Assembly (NCBI GenBank): GCA_964016885.1
Contig: OZ024742.1
Location: 109,182,001 to 109,246,000, forward strand
DNA length: 64,000 nucleotides
Origin: Eledone cirrhosa
Taxonomy: Eukaryota
Direction of reading: 5' to 3'
The translations under genes were made by a program, and so were the position numbers. The notes beneath the pieces are model-generated. The model had not been told where the DNA came from, did no database searches, and saw only the letters and a list, made by a program, of their open reading frames with translations. Each line of letters starts with the position of its first letter. The stretch's first letter is position 1. Below are positions 12,290 through 27,679 of this stretch, one piece after another.

Positions 12290-12650
12290 TTCACTTATCA
12301 AAAAATTCTATAAAAAGGCTACAGAATGGATTTCCAAATAAGGGCACAAAAATTTAATGAAAATTTGTTCACGTGACAGCCATAATTTCATTTATAACCA
12401 ACCAAAAAAAAGCCTTCGTGAGCCTCCTTTTTTCAAGTAAAAAGAAATTCAAACACTCATATATGAAAAAACAACCTGTGACAACCCCCCCCCCACCCTC
12501 TTATTTGAAGAACTATTATAATTATTGACAAACCAATCAAATTACTTCTCGAAAAACCTGGCATTTCGAGCCACTTTTTCCATATAAAACAAGTAACATT
12601 CAGAGACCAACCAGATGTGAGAAAAACCACAAACCCTCCATCTCAACTCA

Positions 12651-12688
12651 CCTTTTGAAAAGCAGAAGAACTGCGAAACCGGTAAAGG
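12651..12688 (+). ncRNA. Type I hammerhead ribozyme with U3-A8 variant core, in a repeat spanning ~12615-12826
   Basis: cctt-TTGAAAA-gcag-aagaa-ctgc-GAAAC-cg-GTA^aagg; repeat family shared with 25845-26190. Confidence 0.75.
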
Positions 12689-12819
12689 AACCAAATAAAT
12701 ATATATATTTTTTTAAAAAATAAGACTCCAGTTGCATTTTCGATTTCATCTCTTTTTCTTTATACTTTCACTCGTGTAGGACACCTCGGTTATTTTTCAT
12801 TTTGTAAAAAAAACCTCAC

Positions 12820-12900
<81 letters not shown>

Positions 12901-13153
12901 CCCGGTGATAGAAATTGTATCCATATAAGTAAAGTAATTTGTATGTCTGACAAAATAACTCGTAATTATCTGGAAGTGACGAGACAGAGTGGTTGACAGA
13001 ATGCTTTGCAATACGTATTTGTCCTGCCTCACTGCGCTACGTGTTCCAATCCTATAAAGGTAAATGTTTCTTTTCGTCATTTCACAGTCGAAATAATATA
13101 TCAACCAAGTCCTGGGGCCGATTCTTAGTCCATCTCTCCCCTCTCTTCTTACT

Positions 13154-13231
<78 letters not shown>

Positions 13232-14164
13232 AGGAATTCTGCTGTATTCCGACCTGGAGAGTGGTTTGTGTTCCTCTAAGTTTAAGATGCCCAAGATATG
13301 CTGTAAGTTACGAGATCGCCCTTAAACACCACCTGAAGTTAAAACTCCAGAGGAATTTAATAAACCATAATTCAATATGTGGGGTGGTGTTGGTATAGTG
13401 TATTGAATCTACCTCAGTATATGACTGGTATTTATTTTATAGACCATCATTTCTCCCTTCAGCCTAAAACAAGAATAAAAACGGAGACATCAGTAGGATT
13501 TTCCACGTTTTAGTCACATTTTACTCCTCACTCTATTCACCATCCTTTATATGAGAACATGTTAATGTTTCACACTGGCATTAGACCAAGGATAAAAGGA
13601 AAAGTCGACCTCGGAAAGATATGAACAGAGAATTTAAAGAGAGGTAACTGAATATTTTTAAATTATTTTGTTTTGTCCGATGCTCTTCCAAATCGGCACA
13701 CACACACACAACCCTTTATAGGAGGACTATTAACATCAATAAACATCATAGAATATTCAGTAAAAAAAGGAAAGAAGGAAAAAAAGAAAAAAAAACGTTA
13801 TTGTGTATTATGGAAACAGTGGGAACTCGAATTATCGTTAGTAGAATATCAATTGACTCTATAATAGTAAAATGTTTTAAAAACTCTTTGAAACAGCAGC
13901 CAAAAGTATATTCTTGGTGTAAATAGTCATTCTTGATATATAAGTTTTGATCTTATGTACTTCATAGTAAGTAACGTGTGTCAAAATACCATTTTTGGTA
14001 CACTTCCCAGTTTGGTTTTCTTTTATCCAGTTGAACCTCCGTCGATTCCAGCGACGAGTATATGAACAGTTGTTTGAACAAATGTTCATACATTCGTCAT
14101 CCAAACTAATGCGCAATGTATTTTGTATGTATCGTTCTGTCTCGTGTAAAGGTAAAAGGACCTC

Positions 14165-14520
14165 CGTCTGCTTCCACGATAAATGTTCCAGTTGTTCAAC
14201 CAGCTCATGAGATTAACGTGTAAGTGGCTGAGAATTATACAGGTACTTGATCCTGAACGTAGTTCTTATGGAGATTCAGCGTTACACAACTTAACATGCA
14301 AGTGGTTGGGTAATTCTCAGACACGCGTACCCATAACGAACTTCTCGGAGAGATTCTATAACACAGTATGCGCGACAAGGCTGGTCTTGGAATTAAATGA
14401 ACAGCTTATTTTTACCAGGTGAATGAACTGAGGCAATGTAAAATAAAATGTCTTGCTCAAGTATACAACGTACTACCTGTTCCGGAAGTTGAGCCCAAAA
14501 CTGTGACCACTAAGTCATGT
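14165..14520 (-). mobile_element. CORE-type SINE, diverged (related pieces near 33700, 34310, 48970, 49400, 51940, 56510, 57630)
   Basis: Recurrent blocks ttccagttg..attaacgtgcaagtggctgag..gagattcagcgtgacaca and the CORE-like aactggagcaatgtgaaataaagtgtcttgctcaagg. Confidence 0.7.
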
Positions 14521-14564
14521 AATATATGGAGAACATCATGAATAGAGGACTAATGATTAACAAG

Positions 14565-15385
14565 TGCGGTGTTATCGGTGAGGTTCTGGGCATACACGAA
14601 ATCGAACTGCCCAATCTGTTCCGGGGGACTAACGAGCGGTGACTATAGACAACTCCCCGAAACCCCTGACTTGGTAGTGCTACCGGAGAACACTGCTGGT
14701 TCGAGACAAACTCTACAGGGCAGAAATGCTGTCAGACGGACCTGCCCGAGATGCGCGCAGAGCGGTGAAACCGTTATGCACGCACTCGCCCAGTGTCCAT
14801 GCATTACTGACTTGTGGGGTTTTGTCGAACAGTTATTATCGTGTATACGATGGGTGAGGCTATCGACCGAGTCCATCGTGAAGATCGCTCCGCCACATTC
14901 CTTTGGCCGAGAAGGACAGGCAGATTTCCTCTGCCAGGTGGCTATAGCAAAATAGGTTGTGAAGTGGACGCTGCTGAAAGGACTAAAGACAGACAATTTC
15001 CCTTCCGACCGAGTCCCCATCAACTGTTTGAGTTCCACTTGTAAAGGAAGGTGAGAGTGGAGAGGGAAGTACTGCCCCTAGTACAATGTTACAGAATGGG
15101 TGAATGTAGCGAGAATGGCCGAGTGAATGTGCTTACGATTATTGACTGGAGAGTTTAGAGAGGAGTGGGGCGCCCGCGTATGGTGCTCTTGGAGAGTAAG
15201 GTGGTTTAATGCTGGTGGGGTTCCTAAGTCACCCCTGGGTGACACTCAGCCCCTATTAGGAAATTCTATTATATATTTTGCTTCTATTTTGTTTTTACTC
15301 GATTTCATATAACCTCATCTCTTGTCTCTATTTTTGTATTGTCCTTCATGTTTTGGCCCTTGAGGCCAATAAATAAATAATAATT
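14565..15385 (+). mobile_element. Tx1-like LINE 3' fragment (ORF2 C-terminal zinc finger and 3' UTR)
   Basis: TCPRCAQSGETVMHALAQCP (CCHC); the UTR ends ggccAATAAATAAATAA followed by (TAT)n. Confidence 0.85.
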
Positions 15386-16211
15386 ATTATTATTGTTATT
15401 GTTGGTGGTGGTGTTATTATTATTACTATGGCATTTAAGGAAACCAAATGGAATTGGTTTAGCTAGAATAAAGCAAGAAGAGAAAAAAAATCAAAGAAAT
15501 TACTTCCATAACTTCTTACCAGATGGCTGAAGGAGAAAAATACTTTTAAAAATACGGAATCAGTCAACTGTAGTGTAAAGGATTTCTTCAGGTTTCATAT
15601 TTTCACTATAATATCTGCAACCATTTCAAAATTATGTCGAATAAACCATTTCTAAAATTGTATTCGCCTGTCGGCTATGGGTTCGTTTCTTTTCCAATGT
15701 GATGCATCGTTAAGAAAACTAGATCAAATATTTAAATGTATAGGCTATCTGCCAGATTAGATATATTCCAGCTGACTAATATATATTTTAAATAAAGAAA
15801 GAAATCTGCCTATTCAATCAATTATCTTCCATCTCCATGAATTCTGTTTGGTCGATTATCATGCACATATGCTTCTTGTTTTATATCGTCTACTTTCATT
15901 TATTTTTATTCCAAAAAGATTGAGCAGATGAGAAAGAAAAAAAAAACATCTTTTTTCAAAAGCAAAACACACATGAACAAGCATAAAAAAACATCTTTTT
16001 TCTTTATGCTTGTTCATGTGTGTCTTGCTTTTGTCGTTCCAGCATTGTTCCATCCAAGTTGAGAGTTATTTTGGAATAGTTTAAAGAATTATTTGGTACC
16101 GCGTCCAAACTGATTGAACAATCACATTGAAATGACCACATGTTGTGGATTCTTTTTTTTATTTTCGTTTACTAAACTTCATATTTTCTCCACCCAATGC
16201 AATTATTAAAG

Positions 16212-16350
16212 AGGGCAAATTGGCAGAATCGTTAGGGCGTCGGATATAATACTTTGTGGTTTCCGTTCCGGCTATTAGCCCTCTGATGTCAAATCCTGTC
16301 GGGGTCAACTTTGCCATTCATCCTTGTGAGGTTGATAAATAAAGTATCAG
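16212..16350 (+). mobile_element. tRNA-derived SINE with Nin-like domain
   Basis: TGGCAGAATCGTTAG head, tcaaatcc box, and caactttgccattcatccttgtgaggttgataaa. Confidence 0.75.
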
Positions 16351-16401
16351 CGCGGGGGAAGGGTAGTCTCTTTTGCTATACCTCTGTTTCTCTCTCTCTC
16401 T

Positions 16402-16447
<46 letters not shown>

Positions 16448-16631
16448 AACATAAAGTTTTGAATCCCCGAAATATATATAATGAAATAAATAGTGATGAT
16501 ATAAAGTATATATCTTTCGTTTATTACTATTATTATTATAATACTCCAGATAAATATTATCTTTTGAGTGCTTCGTATCTGTTATACACATAAGTCAGTT
16601 GATTACATATCAACTAAGTCTTTAACTCATT

Positions 16632-16685
<54 letters not shown>

Positions 16686-16709
16686 TGTACATATATATAT
16701 ATACATATA

Positions 16710-18198
16710 TACAATATAAATGTTTAGATAAGGACGTGGTCTATAAATGTACAGTTAAAACCAGTGATAATATATTTAACTATGTAGGTATGTAGGTGCA
16801 ACTTCTACAGAATTTAAAAGTCACTGGAATAATCACAAATGCTCTTTCCAAAGAATTGATAAAAAATCTTCAACTTCTCTTTCAAACCTGATATGGAATT
16901 AAAATGCAAAAATATGGACTATTCTTTAACTTCGGAAATAATTTCGAGAGCACCCGCATACCGAAACACAGCTTTATCTAGATTCTGCAAATTGTGTGTT
17001 GAGGAAATCTTTTTCATACTTAAATGTAAGAACTCTTTTAATATAAGGACGAATTTATTTAGTTCTTGTAGACATCGCCTAAATTCAACATTTAGAATTA
17101 TATATAAATTATAATTACACTTATAATATTTCTACTTATTTCCATAACAATCATATCCACTTGGTTTTAATATATTGATATCTCTAAATCATATCATTGT
17201 AATCTCTGTAATATGGAACTTTTCCAAATTTTAAATTACAACAAAATTTTTCTTAACAGTAAAATTGAAAAAACTATTTTTTGTCGACATAAATCGGCGA
17301 CTAAATTTGAGAACTTTAGACCAGCTTAATTCCATCTTATCTATTCCATAACCCAGATTGTACCACTTGGATCTATTATCATATCACATTTTCAACATCA
17401 TCATCATTATAATTATAATTATAATTATAATTGTCATCATCTATCAAAGAACAACATCAAAACCTCTTATATTTACATTCTTATTTTATATATCTCTATT
17501 TTTCACTCTTTATCTATATATTTCTCTCCCTAAATTTATTTCATCTCTGTCATTTTATTTTATCATATAATATAACTTAAAACTAATTAATTAATTTATT
17601 TATTAAAATAACCAATACACACATAAATATATTTAACATTATCATATTTCCACCATTTTTTCATATATTTTTATATATCTATTTTTATTTTTATTTACAT
17701 TTATTCATGTATTAACGTTTATTCATTTATTTGTCCCTCTATTCTTCTTTCTATCATACGTTATTTTTACTTATGTTTGTCTCTCCTCTATCTACCATCA
17801 TCTTCTATATATCTTCCTCTCTTTATATTTCTATCTATAATAATTTCTCCTTTTCTTCTTCTTTCTCTTTTTCTTTTTCCTTCTTCTTCTTTCTCCTTCC
17901 TTTCCTTTCTTTCTTTACTGTATCTATCTCCCTTTCTTCCTCTTTTTCTCTCTATATCTTTACTATTAATATTATTATTGATGATGTAATTTGAATTTGT
18001 AAATTTGCCGGTTACATATATATTTGTTTAACAGTTTCTGAAGATCTAATTGAGTTAACATCGTATTTAAAATTGAGTGGCGCTGCTTTTAGTGTTCAGC
18101 AATTTTTAGACAACCCTATCAGTGAAACAATTTTTAGACTGCAAATAAATCCCCTTTTTTGTACTGTTGACTCTGTTATTCTCCACTTTTTCAATTTT
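16710..18198 (+). mobile_element. 5'-truncated Naiad-type PLE (family 2): GIY-YIG C-terminus and ~1.1-kb 3' region ending in (TA)n
   Basis: KCLDKDVVYKCTV..NYVG, CKLCVEE and SSCRH; nearly identical to 27680-27840 on the minus strand; (TA)-rich tracts on both sides. Confidence 0.88.
18032..18141 (+). ncRNA. Hammerhead motif with extended stem II (paralog of 10897-11006; stem III mutated)
   Basis: cagttt-CTGAAGA-tctaattgagtt...aaccctatcagt-GAAAC-aattttt-agactg. Confidence 0.68.
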
Positions 18199-18697
18199 AT
18201 ATATATATATATATTATCTTTCTCTCCCTTTCTCGTAATAAAGGCGTGAGTTGGATTCCTGGAACAGTCAAGGCGTTGTGTTGCTCAGAGAAATACTTTC
18301 TTTTACATTGGTTATTCTTTTCTTCTCTCAAGAAGTGCGATCGGCAAATTTTATAAAAAATGGAAAGATCAATGAAAACGTTGTTTGTTTTGTCTGATCT
18401 GACAATCAGCTCCTTTCAGTGCGACTGGCAGTTAGCAGCGGCAATTGAAAGACCAATGGAAACATTGTCTAATCTGATAATTGATTCCTTCCCTTTATCG
18501 AAATGATAGCAAATTGGACTTTCGTCTTTAAACCATACTCAGTAGTGAAAGATTTATATATTGTTAAACAACGGATTTTTACATCTATGATGTAGTTGAA
18601 TGTCAAACGTAGTTTTAGGTTTCAACAACCCAGCATTTGGAAGTTATCAATTATTAGAATAAAAATAGTCAATGCCAATTATATGTTATAAAATTAC

Positions 18698-18781
<84 letters not shown>

Positions 18782-19265
18782 TATTTTTTCCCTTCGCTGT
18801 GGTTCGTATTTTTTCTGTCACCTTACTACTATCCTCTTTCTCCCCCCACTCTCTCTGCTTTACCTCTTCCTTTCTTCTACCCCCGCTGCTGGTCACACAC
18901 TCTCGGCTGGCCCCTTCCTCACACTTTCACTCACTCACTCTCTGCTACTCCTCCTCTATCACTTCCTCCCATCTGACCTGCGTGAAATTCTTTCCTCTCT
19001 CACTTTTCGCGTGGCTCGGACGTGTATGTTTCTTCTCGTCATTTGAATTGTCGGACTTAAGCCCACAAGATTCTTTGTTTGTCTCTCTTTTCCTCTCTTT
19101 ACGTTGCTTTATTACCATGTTGTTTGTTTACTTTCCTCCGTCCGATAACTTAATTTAGTTATCGCTCGCACTGATTTTAGGTATCTAGTTTTTAATGCGA
19201 AGAAATACCAATGATAATCAGCAGACTACTGATGATGGACATTCCTGTTTCTCGGTCTATTGTCA

Positions 19266-19306
<41 letters not shown>

Positions 19307-20192
19307 GGGGTATATGAAAACGTTTTATAAACATATATTATACGTTTATATACAATAAACATATAGGGAGCCTCGCTATCAAAGGGTCAATTATATATAT
19401 ATATGTATATAAAAGGTAAAAAGAAATAACAATACAATCGGTACAGTATATGGAAGGAATATATTAGGTTAACGCTTGAAGTGTGTGTGTGCGTGTGTTT
19501 GTGTGCCTGTGTGAGTATATACGATTTATTACTACTGTGAAAAAAAAGGAATCATTTTCTAGTCTTTTTCGTAATTAACCTATCAGCGAAGCAATAACAT
19601 TATGAACGAGGGGTTAGTATTGAACTATTTGAAGATAAATTACCTAAGTCGTTAGCAAGCTGGAGAACGAGGCGGCTATAGGGCGCCAATCAAAATGACT
19701 GCGTCGTGTTGACACTAAAATGATTGAACTGTGTTCAAAGAAACGACAAATTTATATTAATTATCACTTGATGTAATGAAGGTGAAGGTTGGTGTTAGGG
19801 TTTTATATTAAAGCTTTTAGCTTTCAAAGTATTTATATTTCAAACTCGAATGTAAATGTTAATTAAGTTTCACAGAAATGTAAATAAAAGAAACACCCTT
19901 CCACTTTCTCCTACTTTACACTTCTTCAGCATGTGAAGAACTTCTAAAATATGTATTTACTCTTTTATCTATACTTATCATTATTGAAAGCCCCTTGCCT
20001 ACATGTATACATGTTTTTATGTATATATATGATTGTATATGATCGAATATAAATATGTTTACAAACACGCACGCATATATTTATATGCACACGTACACAC
20101 TCATATATATATATATAAACTCTGGTATATATTGAGTGCCTTACTTACTGTGGTTACCTCCGATTCAACCCGGAATAACTTACCTATACATA

Positions 20193-20253
<61 letters not shown>

Positions 20254-20504
20254 TAATATACACATAGTTGCATATAGAGTATGCGTATATTATTATGTAT
20301 TGAAATATATATTAATACACATATCCTTTCAACATCGCATACGTCAATATTAACGATAAGCTGATGTAGAAGGTAATATGTATATATATATATAAAGATT
20401 TACATATACACAAATTAGACAAAGTCAAGGATATATATGTGTTTTGGCAACCATTCACGATGTGGCTCAATGATGAATTAATAAATTAAATAATCAGAGC
20501 AATA

Positions 20505-20960
20505 TACTATAAAGTATGTCCATAGAATCATTTGATAATATATATACACCATTTCCTATCCCAATTAGCATAATTAACCACACAAAAAATCAATTAGACC
20601 AGGCTATAAGATTAAAAGGCACCTATGAAGAAATAGTAGATAAATAAACGACAGCAATCTCTTCGCGGCCAACCGCCATAGAATATTTACCCAACATTTC
20701 AACTGCACGTGGAAATCGATTAAATATGCCGTCAACCATACACAATTAGGTATAAAATTAAAGTTAGAAGAAATGCATATACACATTCCAGGATTACGTT
20801 TCTACCCTCGGGTTTCGTTCGCATTTGGAAATATCCTATTAAGGATAAAATCTCGAGCTTCGAACTCATCAAGAAACAAATTCGTTTGGACAGATGATTT
20901 TCTTAAGTGATCCCCGCCAGAAACGAATTCAAAATGGCTAAGAATTGTGACGTGGCAGTG
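20505..20960 (-). mobile_element. HHR-bearing PLE-like terminal repeat; second copy at 26450-26832 (+)
   Basis: 20505-20870 is the reverse complement of 26450-26832. Confidence 0.8.
20798..20877 (-). ncRNA. Hammerhead motif with C3U core and extended stem II
   Basis: gtttc-TTGATGA-gttcg-(~40 nt)-cgaac-GAAAC-ccgagg-GTA^gaaac on the minus strand. Confidence 0.72.
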
Positions 20961-21615
20961 GTCAAGTCAGAAAGAATGTGATTGGTTGCTTACGGCGACA
21001 ATGATAACAAAAATATGATTGTGAGCATATGTATTTAAACGTATAAACGGAGGTATAAAATGGCCCATGAAAAAGTGATAGTGTGAGGATAAGGAAGAGT
21101 AAGATAATTAAATGAAAACAAATAGACATGTTATATAATACACATATGACGTGAGACAGAGAGGGCGAGGGAACGTTGATAAATCTAAAAAATGAACCTT
21201 GTCATCCAATCAAACAAAACGAGTAACCAACAACAAAACACCACAACTAGAGCATTTCCAACACTTCTTTATCAATGTGTATTCTACCCTGCAAAAGAAA
21301 CGGAGATATATCTTGAGAAAGAGAACATGATAAGCTGATATATGTATATACAAATGGATTGTTATTCAACTCAGTATTTTAGTTGGATAAGTGTAATAAT
21401 TTAGTTAGATAGGTGTAATAAAGTGTAATAGTGAGAGGGAATGAAAATAAGACGCTGATTACCAGTATCTGGACGCATATTACACACAGCTGAGGGATTG
21501 CAAGGTAAGAAATTATAGATGATGACACCACTAAGTGTTAACATGCAATACATTTCTGCATTTTAAACAGTAATAATTAAATTTAATAACACTACACATA
21601 CTCACACTTCCCCTC

Positions 21616-21706
<91 letters not shown>

Positions 21707-22118
21707 CGTAAAATAAGAAAATTATAAAAATTAACTTACTAAAATTTCACTCCAATTAATTAGTTTCTGAAAGGGAATAAACATGGTTTCCAAATGGAAA
21801 GCATGGAGAAGCCGTTTCGTCATCAGGAAGTCTGTTCTCAGCTAAGTTACCAGGCGACGCGTGGACACAGGGAACTTATACAAAAATAATTCAGTGGATG
21901 GAAAAAAGCAAGCGTGGACTAAATTCCAAGACATTGAAATAATCCCTGCCTATTTGGTCGGTGGCAAATTCAAAAGAATCAATCACGTGACATCGAGGTT
22001 AATCAGTGAGGAGTGAGGTGTTAAAAAGACAGTAGCCGAGCCATTACTATGAACTATAGTAGCAGTTTTGGCAAATTTTTGCTCAACAAAATAATTTGGA
22101 GGTAATTATAAAGAATTA

Positions 22119-22174
<56 letters not shown>

Positions 22175-22243
22175 ATGATAATAATATATGTAAACTATAT
22201 TTATAAAACCATATTTATTCTATTATATATATTTCAAGGGTAC

Positions 22244-22343
<100 letters not shown>

Positions 22344-22473
22344 CATATATGTATGTGTATATATATACATATATGTGTGTGAGTGTGTGCATGTCTGTGT
22401 TTGTGAGTCCGTGTGTTTGTGTGTCTGTGTATGAAAGCAAGTGCAAGTATGTGCGTATATACTTAAATCAATC

Positions 22474-22578
<105 letters not shown>

Positions 22579-22614
22579 ATACGTTGGGAGTGTCATGTTG
22601 CCAATATACATATA

Positions 22615-24420
22615 TCGGGGGCAGTTCCCCCATCGCCCGCCACTTTGGTGGCCCTGGACACTCCGCACGCCATCTCACAGTCTGTGGCCTACTCCAGTGC
22701 CACGAAACACCCGCCCATCGCTTTACGGTCGAACAACGAACTATCTTCATCTTACAGACCCACACTCCCCCCGACCTGAACTCCCCACCCTTATTCCTTT
22801 AGCGTTCGACCGCCCCCCTCCCCCCACACTTATCCCCCACTAACACCACTAACACACCCCTCCTTTTCACCGCCCACCCCACACTAACAATTCTAACACC
22901 TCCACTCCACCCCTTATCTGACCACCCTTCCCCAACTAACATACTAACATCCCTTCCCTCCCCTCTTCTCCTCCTCCCCCCTCCTTATCACACGCACACA
23001 CCCACCGGCACATATATACACGCGCTCACACTAAACACACACCCTACTACCACCACTAACCCTCACCCCCACACCTCTCACCCCCACACCTCCATCCCAC
23101 CACCCCGCAACTAACCTCACTAACACCCCCTAACCCCAGGCACACGAACACACGCACCCACTTACACCACCCACCCCACACGCAACTAACATCACTAACA
23201 CCCCCAACCCCACGCACACGTACCCACACACCCTCGTACACCACCAACTCTACACACCCTACCACCACTAACCCCCACTCACACCTGCATTCAACCCCTC
23301 CCCACCTCCCGTATACTAACACCCACTAACACCTCTTCATCAAACTACACACACACCAGTACACCACACTCCCTCCATAGAACCACACACACCCTTCTCT
23401 CCCCGCTCCACCCACACCCTCGCTCCACACTCACTCATCCCACTAACACCCCTACTAATACACACACCCTCCTCACTCCAACTTTCACACCTACCCATCC
23501 TCGCCCCCTTACCATTCCACCGACTGCTGCTATGCCCTCTGACCACCTCCCAGCACTAACAGACCACAGCACTGCTGACCACTTCCTGTTGCGCGCGCAC
23601 CCCACATCTCTCCTCTTCCGACCACCGCCTCATGGATTACCCACACGCAGAAATTGACTTACAACCAATCCACTAAACATCCTTGGAACTTACCAACTTT
23701 TTAACCATCCTCTTACGTAATCACCTATATAACTCACCCACACACACCCAACATTTTTTTTTCTCCACACGCCACCCACACCCACAACACGCTTAAACCC
23801 CACACACACGTGCTTCCCACCACATATTTACACCCTCAGCCTCCTGATTCCTCTCCCCCCACCCCCTATCCACACACGCACAGACACTCCGACCCACAAA
23901 AACACCCCCCCACACACACCTCTTCCTGAACATGCAACCCCGTTCTTCCCCCAACCCTTACTTTCACATACAGACACACACACACGCACACCTACACACA
24001 CACACACTACCTTCAGCCCTCCCCGCTCGGACACCCCGTCTCCCTCTCCCCACTCCACCCGCCACCACCCCTACTCACCCCACACCCTTCCACCACCTGT
24101 TTACCCCCCTTTTAATTTCAGTTTATTTTGATCATGCCTTTATTTTTAAATTTTCTCATTCCTTGTATTTTGATCATGCTTTATTTTTATTTTTTATCTT
24201 TATTTGTTATTTTTTCATTCGCACCGTTTCCTTTCGCTATATGTCTCTCCACCACTCCCCTACACACCTTTTGAACTCTGTTCCCACACACTTCTCACCT
24301 GAGGAAGGGCTTATGCCCGAAACGTCTTCCCCCACCTACCCCCCACTCTCCTGAGCGTGAAATTAATAAACATTTATTGTACTGCCTCTCTGTTTTGTCC
24401 CTGTTCAAATTTTTCCATTA
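22615..24420 (+). mobile_element. 5'-truncated Penelope-like element (Neptune/Penelope-type GIY-YIG end) with long C/A-rich 3' region
   Basis: SPIARHFGGPGHSARHLTVCGL..EQRTIFILQTHTPPDLN (ORF 22584-22802); HHR core CTGAGGA-agggcttatgccc-GAAACGTC at 24299-24326. Confidence 0.8.
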
Positions 24421-24438
24421 TATATATACATACATACA

Positions 24439-24505
<67 letters not shown>

Positions 24506-24716
24506 CTTAAATATGTATAACTTAAATATATATAACTTAAATATATATAACTTAAATATATATAACTTAAATATATAACTTAAATGGCAACATTGAGGAC
24601 CGAGTAAGTTAGATCGCAGATATAAAAGACAGCGAGAAGCGAAAACCAACCAAACAGTGAGTGTGTTCTGTTATTAATTCTGGCAATATTACGCAAATAT
24701 GACCCTCCCCAAGTAT

Positions 24717-24765
<49 letters not shown>

Positions 24766-25015
24766 GGAGGTGAGTTTTATTGTAGTACAATAAAGCAATG
24801 CAGATATCGGATAAGAAGCACTCTACAGTTTGTGGGACTGGAGTATGCATAATATAAGATCAAAAGATGGTTAAAGGAGTTCCATATATTTTATTATGCG
24901 CATTTCAAAAACAAACATCATCAAGCAATAATATTTGTGTTTTCATCAGATAAAACAGGAGAACATGCTATGAAGGCTAAAAAACACTTGTGGATAGTGC
25001 AGTTTTAAATCAACA

Positions 25016-25058
<43 letters not shown>

Positions 25059-25236
25059 TCATTTTATTAAGACTTGATAGTGAGGTTTGTTACTATGGAT
25101 CTCGCCTGCTTAACAAGACTAAATATTTAGCCTTAATAAAATAAATAATAAAACTCTGCTTTGGTACTGACTACATTTTCCTCTCAGCCGTCAACTATAT
25201 ACAGATATATATATGTATATGTGTATGTGTGTGTGT

Positions 25237-25375
<139 letters not shown>

Positions 25376-25747
25376 ATATATATTCGTATATAACCCAAGG
25401 AAATAAGTGGAATAGAGAGATATATAGTGTATTGTCAACACCTTTGAAAAACATTCGAGACACTTTAAAAATATAACCATTACTATTTTACAGGCTAACC
25501 AGTCATAATAGTAACATTGTGTATTGAATAGTATTTTGGGCGGAAATCACTAGTTATGTTGGCTCAAGGTCTCTTGTAAATAGGTGTCGGCAAATACATC
25601 TGCAGTAATTTCTGTTATATTTTAGACGGATATTAAAGGAAATGGTCATACCTATTCATCTCATAACGTTCTGATCTCTCTCCCTTTTCTCTCGCGCTTT
25701 CTTTCCCCCATAATCTCTCTTTCTCTCTCAATCTCCGTCTCTCTCTG

Positions 25748-26190
<443 letters not shown>

Positions 26191-26198
26191 TATATATA

Positions 26199-26298
<100 letters not shown>

Positions 26299-26300
26299 AT

Positions 26301-26383
<83 letters not shown>

Positions 26384-27234
26384 TAGTCAGCTTCCTGCCT
26401 TTTCTACCATACTTACTGTGGTTAGCCCCATTGAACCCCCGGGATAAACTTGAGTTCGAAGCTTAATAGGATATTTCGAAGGATATTTCGAAGCTTAATA
26501 GGATATTTCCAAATGCGAACGAAACCCGAGGGTAGAAACGTAATCCTGGTATGTGAATATACATGTCTTCTAACTTAATTGTATACCTAATTGTGTATGG
26601 TTGACGGTATATTTAATCGATTTCCACGTGCAGTTGAAATGTTGGGTAAATATTCTATGGCGGTTGGCCGTGATGAGATTGCGGTCGTTTATTTATCTAC
26701 TATTTCTTCATAGGTGCCTTTTAATCTTATGGTCTGGTCTAATTGATTTTTTGTGTGGTTAATTATGCTAATTGGGAGAGGAAATGGTGTATATATATTA
26801 TCAAATGATTCTATGGACATACTTTATAGTATATATATATAAGTAGAAGGGGTATTTAAAGTGCTCGACATTAAAGGAGCTATTTATAAGTAGAAGGGGT
26901 ATTTAATTTGTTAGAAGTCCGACAAATATAAATGTTTATAACTGATTTAGAGCACTCAACAAGTTACTGGAGTAAATATTCAATGATATTAAATAAATGG
27001 AAACTATATTTATGAATCCATATTTATTTTATTATATATATTTCAAGGGTACCAAGACAACATTGGTACGCTTTCATCAGATAAAATACAAAGTTTGTTT
27101 TATATATAGAGACATTACCATGAAAATCATACCTTCACTGGATAGTGGAAATATATTAGGAATTTTCAAACTTATGTGTGAATATGCAAATCAATATGTA
27201 AATAATTGAAAAACAACCGTTTATTTAAACGACT

Positions 27235-27341
<107 letters not shown>

Positions 27342-27523
27342 AAGAAACAAGAGAAGATGAGTAAAACTCATATAAGGTTAATTTGGGGGAAATATACTCT
27401 AAGTATTACTGTGGTTACCCCCATTGAACCCTCGGGATAAACTTGTGAGGTTGATAAATAAAGTATCAGCGCGGTGGAAGGGTAGTCTCTTTTGCTATAC
27501 CTCTGTTTCTCTCTCTCTCTCCC

Positions 27524-27571
<48 letters not shown>

Positions 27572-27679
27572 ATAAACATAAAGTTTTGAATCCCCGAAAT
27601 ATATATAATGAAATAAATAGTGATGATATAAAGTATATATCTTTTCGTTTATTACTATTATTATTATTATAATTATTAT

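Noticed and set aside
13877-14210. Short overlapping ORFs in non-repetitive-looking sequence
   Set aside because: No recognisable motif or convincing splice signals.
16323-16545. Block duplicated at ~27443-27670 as a new element
   Set aside because: It is a composite of a SINE tail and microsatellites beside Naiad fragments; local duplication is sufficient.
19222-19262. CTGATGA near the end of a pyrimidine-rich fragment
   Set aside because: The GAAA half of the core is absent; at best a dead motif.
21800-21835. CTGATGACGAAAC on the minus strand as a hammerhead
   Set aside because: No stem II and no convincing stem I or cleavage triplet in this register.
24500-24585. (ATATATAACTTAAAT)n short array as CRISPR-like
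   Set aside because: No unique spacers; a 15-bp minisatellite in eukaryotic context.
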